A stretch of DNA of 64,000 nt, from positions 28,148,001-28,212,000 of the forward strand of contig NC_043008.1 in the NCBI RefSeq assembly GCF_006345805.1, read 5' to 3'. Positions 1-11,066 of the stretch are shown in pieces (the first letter of the stretch is position 1; each line of letters starts with the position of its first letter). A program made the translations under genes and the position numbers. The notes under the pieces were generated by a model. It was not told the origin of the DNA and did not search any database. It saw nothing but the letters and a program-made list of their open reading frames with translations. This stretch comes from Octopus sinensis (taxonomy: Eukaryota).

Positions 1-938
1 GATTTCATTATCAATGAGCTTACATTTTATATCTTGACTCTGAGACTTAGAATTTAATAGTTTCATTTCTTTCTATTCACATTTTATCCAGTGCCATTCC
101 CATTGCAAGATTAAGTGTTCATTTGAGTCACTCTTTGTACATATCTGCTTTTTGGATCCTTTTTCAAAATGTCAATTTTATATCTCTAAATGTTTTTCCA
201 TTGGTGTATCATGTAGTGCTTCATGTACCGTGTTGTTTTCGAGTATTTATATCATAATTCACGTCGTTTTGTTGACATTCACTAGTCTTTCCTGAATTAA
301 ATGTTTACCTGGTCTCGTATATTGCCCAGTTTCCGATGCCCCAACTGCTCATTTCCTGCTCCTTCTGCAATCAATAACAGTTTTGTTTCACTAACGGTCG
401 ATTGCAACTGCGTATAGGTGTTGTACAGCAACAATGAAAAATAAACAAAATAAAGTACAATGTCATATGTAGAAGAAAATCGCGTGAAAATGCAGAACTG
501 ATGATACAAAAGCTTAATTTAATTTATTCAAATTTATATTGCTTTTAATTTCAGAATAAGTAGATCGTTTTATTAAAGTGATTAACTGATAGTTACTTTG
601 TTAAAACAAAATTGAAATGCAATAATCCTTATAACTAATTCAATATATATTTATACTGTTATAATCAAATCTATTCCACTCGACCTCAACAAACCTCTTG
701 TGATATCTAATACGTTGTTTTTGTTCATCCTCAATAATATTTTGCTGAACACTGAAAATACCGTTCGTTTTATCGAACAGTAGCACAATAATAACAATAT
801 TACAAATGCTTATTTTAATCTATTTAAGAGAAAGTTATGTATGTGGTTTTATTTTACAGTATGAGTTCACAGAACGCAGTTCACATTTGTTGACTTCCCA
901 GCATTCTCCTCAAACTTGCATACCAGTAAATTATATAA

Positions 939-1703
939 TACTAGTAGTATAACCCGACTTTGCTCGGGATTCAGTTAGGATTGTTAAGCTAATCGAGTTC
1001 TTTATTTCAAACCTAAGTAACATCGACGTCAAATTTGGACGAAATCCGGAAATTTTGTTTTATGTGTATATACATATATATTATAAATCATATAAATATA
1101 TATGGGCAAAACACACACACACATACACACACGTACGTACGTATACCTATTGCATATATGTTTTTTTAACGCATACATGTTCATAAACAGAAATGAATGA
1201 AAAAAAATGTTGGTACATTTGTAGATCAACACTCGTACGATTTTCACTAAGAAAAAGATCGGATTTTTTGCGTGGAATCAACCACTCTGGCCTCCTAATA
1301 TGCTACAAAATCCATTTTGTGGTCCGAAAAACGAGGTGTGGTGTGGTGGAAGCCTTGGAAATTGTACCCATATCTATTGTGAAATTCACCTACCACTTTG
1401 TTTCTTTGCTGTTAAATAAATGGATTCTCAACATAATAGTTTTTTCCGCGGCGTAAAATAAAAACAAAACTCTTTCGCGCTCAAATTTATATGTGTGTGA
1501 GAGGGGGAAGAAACCTGAACAATATAAAATAAGTAAATGATTTAAGATATATTTTAATTGTTGTGCGAGAAAGTATGTATATAATCTGATCAGGAAATAT
1601 AGTGTCTTTCAAAACATCCTAAATCTGAAGACTATATACATCTCATGTTTTAGAAAAAACAAAACATTTTACATTTATATTTTTGATGAATGCTGTCACT
1701 GAT

Positions 1704-1743
<40 letters not shown>

Positions 1744-2263
1744 TCTCACTTTGTCTTTAGCTTTTTTGTTAGACGCAATCAAACTGTCTCCCTCTGTCCC
1801 TTATACATACTTTTTCTTTACTTTTGTATTAGACGCTGTCAAACACTCTCTCTCCCTGACACATACACACACACATACATCAACACAAAACTTCTCTCTC
1901 TCCTTCACACACACACATACATCATCACACAATATCTCCCTCTCTCTCACACACACACATATATATCAACACACAATTCCTCTCTTTCCCTCACACACAC
2001 ACACATACACACACATACACTTGACTATTGAAAGAAGGGACTTAACACTTGTTAGCAAACTTCAAAATTGGGAAAAGATATGGTTAAAAATAGATTCTTA
2101 CCGCTATCCGCGGGTGTCTTGGGAAAAAATAAGTTGACAAAACCCAGGTAGGATGGTGATGAATATCCTCCTAAAATTGGAGCGATAAACGTGTTAGTTT
2201 GTGGACGTGCATAAACTACATTCACGTACACACACACACATTCTGCCTTTTATATATACAGAT
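939..2263 (+). mobile_element. Putative non-autonomous Helitron/Helentron-like (HINE-type) element with internal (CT)n/(CA)n tracts
   Basis: 5' end tactagtagtataacccgactttgctcggg resembles 43568 (tactagcagtatcgcccggcgttgctcagg). 3' end (ca)n-ttctgccttttatatatacagat resembles 43925-43948. Continuity of the interior is assumed. Confidence 0.45.
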
Positions 2264-2504
2264 CGCCAAATCTCCATAACGGTTCCACAGAAGAATTGCT
2301 AATAATTTTGGTCTCGAATTTCATAGTGAATAGCAAAGAAAGTCTGTTTTTTATTATACCATAATTAATTAGTAAATTCAGTCGGAATCTCATTAACATT
2401 TATGAACACAAGGGAAGAGGTTTGCTCGCTGTCTACTATACACGAATGCTAAAAACATATAAACAACAGTTTATTCCAAGAATATTTCAACAATAATTCT
2501 ATGT

Positions 2505-2510
2505 ACTACA

Positions 2511-2576
<66 letters not shown>

Positions 2577-2837
2577 GCTGCTGTTGCTGCTGCTGCTGCT
2601 GCTGCGACTACTGCTACTGCTACTACTCTACTACCACCACCACTACTATTACTACTACTACTACCACTACCACTACTACTACTACTAATAATAATAATAA
2701 TAATAATACTACCACTACTACTGCTGATGCTACTACTACTGCCACTACTATTACTACTGCTTCTACTACTACTACTACCACTACTACTGCTGCTGTTGCT
2801 GCTGCTACTACCACAACTACTACTGCTACTGTTCATC

Positions 2838-2878
<41 letters not shown>

Positions 2879-2885
2879 ACTGCAT
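2505..2885. repeat. Compound trinucleotide microsatellite (CTA)n/(CTG)n/(ATA)n/(CCA)n
   Basis: Read directly; explains the poly-Y/T/L/S/V ORFs. Confidence 0.95.
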
Positions 2886-3524
2886 ATGCTGTTACAGTTA
2901 CTCGTTATTTATACCTTGCCTCATTAAGAATATCCTGAAAAATAAAATGTAATCTATATTTGTTATGGCTTCTTTCGCTCATGAAGGACATCCCTTACTT
3001 CAAATTCATAATGGAGAGTGGATGATGGTAGCAAGTATATTAAACCAAAACGTCTTATCTGCCATGATTTACTACACTCCGCTGAATATATATATTACTT
3101 ACATGATTATGCTGAAACTAGTGAAGGTTTAATTCTTTATCTGAAACGGTATTAATTAATTTAGTGATAAGGATAACAAAACAAAATATATAGGTACAAA
3201 ATTAGAAAAACGAGGAAAATGTAACTGAATAAAGTGGTACTATTTCTTATCAAACCATTTCATACTAATTGGGAATATTAGTGGATATGTTCTGTAATGT
3301 AATCGTATAACACGAGTTTCCTATAGTTGAAATATGTGGTTCAAATATTGTACGACCAATATTCATAAGTTCAAATTAAAATGTAAAGCCAGCACTTGCC
3401 TTTGAAACGTTTTTCCCAAGGACACGTCGTGGCAAATTTTGTTTCTATCTGATTGTCTTGAAATTGCAAGTCCAATCCATATAGACACGCATACTAAAAT
3501 ATCATTTAATGTGGCTGTAGTGTG

Positions 3525-3630
3525 CATTTGTTCCACGACCTCGCGTTGCTGTGTTTTTTGTTTTTTGTTTTTTTTTGTGTTTTCTTGTTTGGATTAACTT
3601 TATATATATATGTATATATATATATATATA
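3525..3630 (+). repeat. Penelope-like LTR-end remnant followed by (TA)n
   Basis: ttccacgacctcgcgttg...tgtttggattaac-(TA)n matches 27058-27146 and, in reverse, 35985-36035. Confidence 0.5.
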
Positions 3631-3825
3631 TTGATTAGATATATGCTTTGAAGATATTTATGAATAAAAAGATTAAGAAGATGTGATGGTATTTTTATTT
3701 TGTTTTTACTTTCTATAAATTATTTCAGGTATCTCTTTTACCGTAAGAGATACATGGTATCATGATTCTGATTATTATTATTATTGCTGTTGTTGTTGTT
3801 GTTGTTATTATTATTATTATTATTT

Positions 3826-3893
<68 letters not shown>

Positions 3894-3896
<3 letters not shown>

Positions 3897-4107
3897 TAGT
3901 TCTATTTTTATAGCGTGCTTTCACTTCACTACCGAGCGCAGCTCTGTGTGCCTTGGGTATGTGCTGTGATTTGTTGTGATGCTCTGATGGTTATTGTATG
4001 GAAATTGCTCTGCGTAGGATGTGTGCAGTGCCTAGTAGTGCAATTTTCTGTATGTTATATGTGTTTGTAAGTCCTGGTGTTTTTGTTATGTATTTTTTAA
4101 TGTGTTT

Positions 4108-4110
<3 letters not shown>
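3894..4110 (-). mobile_element. R4/Dong-like non-LTR retrotransposon family A, about 215-bp 3' fragment flanked by (TTA)n
   Basis: Near-identical to the 3' end at 4204-4400 and 6203-6400; (TTA)n on both sides. Confidence 0.9.
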
Positions 4111-4198
<88 letters not shown>

Positions 4199-4203
4199 TT
4201 ATT

Positions 4204-5108
4204 CAGTAGTTTTATTTTTATAGCGTGCTTTCACTTCACTACCGAGCGCAGCTCTGTGTGCCTTGGGTATGTGCTGTGATTTGTTGTGATGCTCTGATGG
4301 TTATTGTATGGAAAGTGTTCTGCGTAGGATGTGTGCAGTGCCTAGTAGTGCAATTTTCTGTATGTTATATGTATTTGTAAGTCCTGGTGTTTTTGTTATG
4401 TATTTGTCTGAATATTTTTTTATCATGCCTAATGCACCTTCTATGATAGGAATTGTTTCTGTTTTCAGGTTCCACATTCTAGTTACCTCTATTTCCAGGT
4501 CTTTGTATTTTGAGAGTTTCTCCATTTCTTTTAGAGACACGTTGTCATCTGCCGGTATTGATACATCAATTAGAAAGCATTTTTTTTCTTCATGATCTCT
4601 GACAACTATATCTGGTCTGTTGGCCTTAATTTCTCTATCTGTGTGTATCGGCATATCCCAGAGTATGGTTGCTTTCTCGTTTTCTGTGACCTTTTCTGGT
4701 GTGTGCTTATACCATTTTTTTCTGTTGTTATTCCATAATGTTGGCATAGCTTCCAATGTATGTAGGTTCCAACTCTGTCATGTCTGTGAATATATTCCTT
4801 CTTAGCCAGGACTGGGCAGCTAGAGATAATATGATTTATTGTTTCTTGTCCATCTCCACATATTCTGCAGTTACTTGTAATATTTCGTTTCATTACATGT
4901 TTTTGGTAATTTCTGGTGGGGAGGCTTTGGTCTTGTGCTGCAATTAAAATCCCTCTGTTTCTGCTTTGAGTCCTGAGCTTCTCAACCATTGCTGGGATTT
5001 TTCTTTGTCTATTTCTTTTGCGTTTAGTTTAGTGCAGTATTTCCCATGAAGGGGCTTTTCTTGCCATCGTTTTATCATGGATCGTTGCCATCGTTTTATC
5101 ATGGATCG

Positions 5109-5110
<2 letters not shown>
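4204..5110 (-). mobile_element. R4/Dong-like family A, 3' 0.9 kb (CCHC zinc knuckle + REL endonuclease, frameshifted)
   Basis: ORF 4606..4989 has CRICGDGQETINHIISSC (CCHC). ORF 4301..4756 has RPDIVV..CFLIDVSIP..KLSKYKDL (PD..D..K restriction-like endonuclease). (TAA)n tail. Confidence 0.92.
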
Positions 5111-5144
<34 letters not shown>

Positions 5145-5152
5145 TTACTATG

Positions 5153-5220
<68 letters not shown>

Positions 5221-5254
5221 CATTATTATTATGATTATCATTATTATTATTATT

Positions 5255-5470
5255 TATTTTATCTTATTTACTTTTAGTTTATCTAGCTCCAGCTCACAAG
5301 CTGTGGCCATGCTGGGGAACCGCCATTTGGTGTTGCTACATAATTTTACTTCACGAATGCTTTTTAGCAATTGCCATTTGGTGCATGAGATATTTCGATG
5401 CAGCTGCCCTCATCTGCACCTCCTGCCGTGAAGTTGGTTCATCTGGGACACCTGACAGGAAGAGATCCAG
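5255..5470 (-). mobile_element. 3' end of an APE-type LINE (CR1/L2-group-like, clade not determined)
   Basis: Minus strand reads LDLFLSGVPDEPTSRQEVQMRAAASKYLMHQM..*, then GGCGGTTCCCCAGCATGGCCACAGC and an A-rich/(TAA)n tail. Confidence 0.6.
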
Positions 5471-5474
5471 TTTT

Positions 5475-5573
5475 ATTTTTATTATTATTTTTATTATTAT
5501 TAGTAGTAGTAGTAGTATTAGTAATAGTAGTAGTAGTAGCAGTTGTAGTAGTTGTAGTAGTAGTAGTTGTAGC

Positions 5574-5625
<52 letters not shown>

Positions 5626-5640
5626 TAGTAGTAGTAGTAG
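5475..5640. repeat. (TTA)n/(AGT)n microsatellite
   Basis: Read directly. Confidence 0.95.
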
Positions 5641-6142
5641 TATTGTGTGAGGGATCAGTGCATGCCTTAAAAGTGAACCTGGAGTAAAATTTATGAAGCG
5701 CAGTATATATATCAAGGCTACCCGGCTGATAAGGGTACGCCAGGCAAATGCATCACAGCAATATGTGCGGGACATAGGGATTTCATATCAAGATTAACAG
5801 CGCAAGACTTTGCAGGCGTGGCACATTAATTTTCTAAAAGGTCACGAATATTTAAGGATACTGAACATAACACCAATGGTTCCAGAGTTGAATTAACCAA
5901 ACTTAAAGCAATTACTCTCAGCATATAGCTGTGATGCTCGTAATTATAGATGCACATATCGTCAGCTACTAAGGGATATAATCAACTGGTTAGGGTCAAA
6001 CAAATGACAAGCAAATCTGTGGTATTGAGCTGAAAATTTATTGGAGCCGATCACTTTTACCAAGACAAACAATGTACATGATATCATTCAAATCTGTTAA
6101 GAGGAGAAAATATGAGAGCCACTAACTGGTACTGCATCAGGG
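5641..6142. mobile_element. Non-coding interspersed element (element E) embedded in TTA/TAG microsatellite
   Basis: 5925-6142 is homologous to 48165-48410 (gcacatatcgtcagc, gcaagcaaatc-tgtggtattgagc, atgagagccact, tactg.atcag). No ORF. Confidence 0.7.
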
Positions 6143-6202
6143 TTTTTTATTACTATTATTAGTATTATTATTGTAATTATAATTATTATTATTATTATTA
6201 TT

Positions 6203-6564
6203 CAGTAGATTTATTTTTATAGCGTGCTTTCACTTCACTACCGAGCGCAGCTCTGTGTGCCTTGGGTATGTGATGTGATTTGTTGTGATGCTCTGATGGT
6301 TATTGTATGGAAAGTGTTCTGCGTAGGATGTGTGCAGTGCCTAGTAGTGCAATTTTCTGTATGTTATATGTGTTTGTAAGTCCTGGTTTTTTTTGTTATG
6401 CGTTTGTCTGAATATTTTTTTATCATGCTTAATGCACCTATTATGATAGGAATTGTTTCTGTTTTTAGATTCCACATTCTGCTTACCTCTACTTCCAGGT
6501 CTTTGTATTTTGAGAGTTTCTCCATTTCTTTTAGAGACACGTTGTCATCTGCCGGTATTGATAC
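6203..6564 (-). mobile_element. R4/Dong-like family A, 360-bp 3' fragment flanked by (TTA)n
   Basis: ORF 6364..6657 has VSIPADDNVSLKEMEKLSKYKDLEVEVSRMWNLKTETIPIIIGAL; same 3' UTR as 4204. Confidence 0.92.
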
Positions 6565-6621
<57 letters not shown>

Positions 6622-6630
6622 CATTATTAT

Positions 6631-7041
6631 TTTTTCTTCTTTCAAATTAGCTTCCATTTCTCGCCGAGTATCTTCCCGACTCCTAGGGCAAAGAAACTCA
6701 TAGTATACATCGGTAGGCCATTAAACTAAACTCAATAGTTCGATCATTTTTTTTTAAAGTTAAATTAAAATACATGGGTAGTAATAGTTCTCACATCGAC
6801 AATGCTCTTCTCAATACGTGTGATGTACCAGTTAAGACAATATTTTGCACTTCTTGCAGGGATGGTAAGCCAGGGATCATTCTCATATAATTTTCGGTTT
6901 CCTTCTTGATCATTCCCAGTGCTCCTACGATCACTGGCATTGTAACCACCTTGAGATGCCACATTTTCTCAATTTCAATGTGTAGGTCTTTATATTTTCT
7001 GAACTTGTGGAACTCTTTCGCTGAGACATTATGATCACAGG
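6631..7041 (-). mobile_element. R4/Dong-like family D, 3' fragment (REL C-terminus + distinct 3' UTR)
   Basis: Minus-strand translation PCDHNVSAKEFHKFRKYKDLHIEIEKMWHLKVVTMPVIVGALGMIKK...GTSHVLRRALSM*; 3' UTR differs from family A; (TAA)n tail. Confidence 0.85.
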
Positions 7042-7870
7042 GGATCGTTGCTGTTCTATTTTCAGTTTGGATTTCATTTGTTTTATAGCTTTTGTTGTTT
7101 CTTCACCATCTTCTTCTTCTTCTTTGTGTTTATTAGGTGGTATGATTTCTTGTTTGTATTTGTCAGCTTCCTTAAATACTGAGAACAGTTTTTTGTTTTG
7201 CTCGTGTTTTGCTGCTAACTGGATCAGTTTTCCTTCCTTCTGAAGTAGGTATTTTTGCAGTCCTATGGTGGTTATTTTATAGTAGTTTTCCAGCTGTATA
7301 AGGCCTCTACCACCTTCTATACGTTGTATATATAGTCTTTCTATGTCAGATTTTGGGTGATGCATCCTAGATCCTGTCAGTATTTTTCTTGTTTTCCTAT
7401 CTATTTTGGACAGTTCATTTCGTGTCCAGTTAAGGGTATTGTAGCTGTAACTTATAACTGGGACAGCTAAAGTGTTGATACCTATTATCTTGTTTTTAGC
7501 ATTGAGCTCTGTTTTTAGTATTGATCTAACTCTTCTATAATATTCTTTTTTTATTTTCTCTTTCATTTGTGTGTGTTGTGTCTTATCTAGTTCATGGATT
7601 CCTAAGTATTTGTAAGTTTGGCTTTGGTCTAATTTTTTTATTTCATAGGTTTTATCTAGTATGATGTTGTTACTCTTAACTAGTTTTCCTCTTTTCATGG
7701 TTAATTTGGCGCATTTTTCTAATCCAAATTTCATATCTATTTCTTTGGTAAATCCATGAACTGTCTTTAATAGTGTTTCCAGCTGTTTGTCATTTGCAGC
7801 GTATAGTTTTAGGTCATCCATATATAAAAGGTGGCTGATCGTTTTGCCGTAACATTTATATCCGCATCCA
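7042..7870 (-). mobile_element. R4/Dong-like family A, RT C-terminal/thumb fragment (open frame)
   Basis: ORF 6931..7821: (Y)MDDLKLYA..MKFGLEKCAKL..YKYLG..MHHPKSDIERLYIQRIEGGRGL. Confidence 0.92.
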
Positions 7871-7919
7871 TATATTTTCCTGATTTATTTTTTCTATTAA
7901 TTGTTCTATTTCTATTTCT

Positions 7920-7920
7920 A

Positions 7921-7998
<78 letters not shown>

Positions 7999-8022
7999 CA
8001 TCATTATTATTATTAATATTAT

Positions 8023-8054
<32 letters not shown>

Positions 8055-8126
8055 TTATCATTATTTTTATTATTATTATTATTATTATTATCATTATTTT
8101 TATTATTATTATTATTATTATTATTA
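7920..8126. repeat. (TTA)n microsatellite, about 200 bp
   Basis: Read directly. Confidence 0.95.
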
Positions 8127-8240
8127 CATGATTGACTATTGCTTTCTATTTGTACATGTTCAATCTAAGTCTCACCTAGAGACCTCATGAGAAAACAAGT
8201 TATAAGTTGAAATTGATTTTTGCCTATGGTAACACACATA

Positions 8241-8297
<57 letters not shown>

Positions 8298-9660
8298 TTT
8301 TACGTAAAATATTGTCAGTTCCTATGAGGATTATAATTTGAATTTCTGCCATTTTGGTTTTCCTAATATCTGAACTAGGTAGGAACCACCACCTTTCGCA
8401 ATCATTCCTAGGGCACCTATTACAACAGGTATTGTTTTAGTCTTAAAGTTCTACATTTTGACAATATCTATTACAAGATCTTTATACTTGCTCAGTTTTT
8501 GGTAGGTTTTCACAGATATATTTATATCGATGGAGACAGTCATACCAATGAGGAGGCAAGATTTTTGTCTGAAGTCTTCCAAATAAATATCTGGCCAATT
8601 CGCATTTATTTTTCTGTTAGCTTGAACGGTGAAGTTCTAGAGGAATGAAATCCCTTCATTTTAAATCACTGGAGGTGGTTTTTGTTTCAATCAGTTTTTA
8701 TCATGGGGCAGCTCTAAGCTTTTGCAAATTGCCTAGTAAATATATTGTGCTGCTCTATCAAACCTCTTCAGATACTATGTAGGTGAAATAAGACGGCACA
8801 TAGAGAAAACATGATCAAAGGTGGCACTGTGTTGTTTACATACATGGCATGTTGGGCTGCTGCTGTTCTTTAATATGATGGCCTTGTAGCTCCTTGTATG
8901 TACGCATTGATCTTGTGCTGCTATGAAGAACACACTAACCATTGATGGGTGAGTGTTTTGTCAGCATCGGCAATATTAGCTCTCCTTGTTTATTTTTCAT
9001 TTATCTGTCAGAATATCTAAGGCAGCAGTTTAAGCACGGGTTTATATATGCTTAGCATTCTGTGCTTGTTCAGTTAGATATTCCTTTGCCTGTTTTGTTA
9101 CAGAGCATGATACTTTCTTGTTTCCATGCTTTGAAAAAGGTTCTTCATCCAGTCATCACAGTTTTTCAGGAAGGTATTTATGCCAATTGTGGCAATCATC
9201 ATTGTTAATTCCTGTTGTAAAATTCCACGGTTACCCTCTTTTCTTGGCAGGTAAACTCGTTCTATAGCTGCTTCAGTGTGGTGCATTCCATGCATCATCC
9301 AAAATTTTCGTGTTTTTCTGTCAAGATATCATATTACAGTAATTGACCAGTTAATGATATTGAATCTGTAATTTACGACCGATATGGCTAAAGTATTGAT
9401 CGCTTCGATCCAATTTCTTGCATTCAGCTCTGTCTTGTGTATAGTCCTTACCCAGCTATAACATTCTCTTCTGATGCTTTCCCTCATCATTGAATATGTA
9501 ATTACATCACCTTCAAATAACCCTAGGTATTTGTAGCTATCCGCTGTTTCGAACTACCTTATGATATTCTGCACGTGAAGATTAACATTGGATGTTTCTG
9601 TCAGATTTTCTTTGATAAAAGTAGCTTTCCACATTTCTCGAGGTCAAATTTCATCATTGT
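8127..9660 (-). mobile_element. R4/Dong-like family B, decayed (RT thumb to REL + 3' UTR containing a (TA)n expansion)
   Basis: Minus strand CLLIGMTVSIDINISVKTYQKLSKYKDL..KTIPVVIGALGMI (8400-8580). ORF 9098..9298 MHHTEAAIERVYLPRKEGNRG. YKYLG and MKFDLEKC near 9520-9660. Confidence 0.8.
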
Positions 9661-10290
9661 GTCATAAATATCCCAATTTATGTTTGCTTTCTCACTTTCA
9701 GCGCCCTTTTTTGGCATGTGCTTATACCTCCATTCTTTCAGTAATTATTTCAGAGTGTTGGCATAGCATCCAGTTTATATAGGTCCCAACTTGTTCGTGT
9801 ATGTCAATATACTTCTTTCCTTTATAGACAGGACGGGGCAGCCAGAACCAATATGATTTATTGTTCCTTCTCTATCTCCACAAATTCTGCTGTTACATTA
9901 TTTCTTTTTATTGAGTGTTTTTGGTAATTTCTGGTGCGACAATTAAAACATCTTTCAGTCTCTGCTTTGCGGCATGAAATTCTCAGCCGTTGTTGGGATT
10001 ATGTTTTGTCTATTTTTCTGTTTACTTTAATGAAGGTACTTTTCTTGCCGTCGTTTTATCATTATCTATTACTGTTCAAGTTTTAGTTTGGATTTTGTTT
10101 CTTTTTATTCTTTATAGTTGTTAGGTACTATGACATTTTTTTACATATGTCAGCGTCCATAAAAACTTTTTTGTTGTTTTGTTCATGTTTTGTGGCTATT
10201 TCTTTTATTAATGTTCCTTGCTTCTAAAGTAGGTTTTTCTGTAGACCTATGGTGGTTATTTTGTAATAGTTTTCTAACTGTGTCAGGCAT
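9660..10290 (-). mobile_element. Old family A-like fragment (thumb to CCHC region)
   Basis: Colinear similarity to 4700-5080 and 7060-7300 (ttgttccttctctatctccaca, ctatggtggttattttgtaatagtttt). Confidence 0.7.
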
Positions 10291-10299
10291 ACTATTCTA

Positions 10300-11040
10300 A
10301 TCTCATTCAATCATTTGTTTATATCTTGGTTTACTCTTTCTAACGCATCAATTATTATAGTCACGCTCTTTATGGTTTCCGTGCTCCAAATTCTTCCAAT
10401 GCAAAACTTTTAGGGATTATATCCTTTTTCTTTATCGTCCTCTTACTTTACGATCTTGGAATCAAACGGGTATGATGGTTCAATTAGTAAGCATTTTCGC
10501 TTTTCCTTATGTATAATTGTTATGTCTGGTCTCTTATTTTCTAATTTCTTTGAATATCAAAGTCCAATAAGTTCTTTCATTTCTCCGACTCCAGTCCTCT
10601 TTCAACTCGATGATTGTACTATTTGTTTCTGTATTTCTGTCACAGTTTCCAGTATATAACATTTACAAACTTGTCATGCATCCATTTCTTATTTTCTTCC
10701 TGTGCCAAGTTGGAGCATTCTTCCACAATTTGTGCCACTGTCTCGTTCCAAGTTCTACAGTCTGTACATTTTTCTAACACACTTTCTCAGATATTTTTCT
10801 CAAATAGTTTTGTTTTTTGCTTGATCTTGGGCTGCTACAATAAGGCGCAAAGTTTCTTTAGTTTTTAATTGCCCCTTTATATATGAAGCCCAGGATTTTG
10901 TTCCACATAAATCTTCACTGACTCTCCGAAATTGGCCATTTTTTTCTTCAATCTGTCTGACGTGCTCTGTTTGCATTTCCTTCTTCTACTTTTGTCTTAT
11001 CACTCGGATGATCACATGTTCTTTATTTACTGTCATAAGT
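10300..11040 (-). mobile_element. R4-like family C, decayed C-terminus (CCHC + REL)
   Basis: Minus strand fragments HGQFRRV.., IVAAQDQA, ETVAQIVEECSNLAQ, NKRPDITII..KCLLIEPSYPFD. Confidence 0.7.
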
Positions 11041-11066
11041 AGTGCATCTGTGCTGCTCTGTAAATA

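Noticed and set aside
309-364. Possible minus-strand exon (ttgcag|AAGGAG...CCAG|gtaaac), together with 2915-2934 (tttttcag|GATATT...CAAG|gtataa)
   Set aside because: Splice-like sites are present and joinable in one phase, but there are only two segments, no recognisable peptide and no further chain; this could be chance in AT-rich DNA.
2471-2938. ORFs of 121-145 aa rich in poly-S/Y/T/L, and similar ORFs throughout the window
   Set aside because: They are translations of triplet or dinucleotide microsatellites with no non-repetitive coding signal.
3729-3742. 14-nt segment ttatttcag|GTATCTCTTTTACC|gtaaga, and 860-925
   Set aside because: Good splice sites, but several frames are possible and they cannot be linked uniquely to the exon chain.
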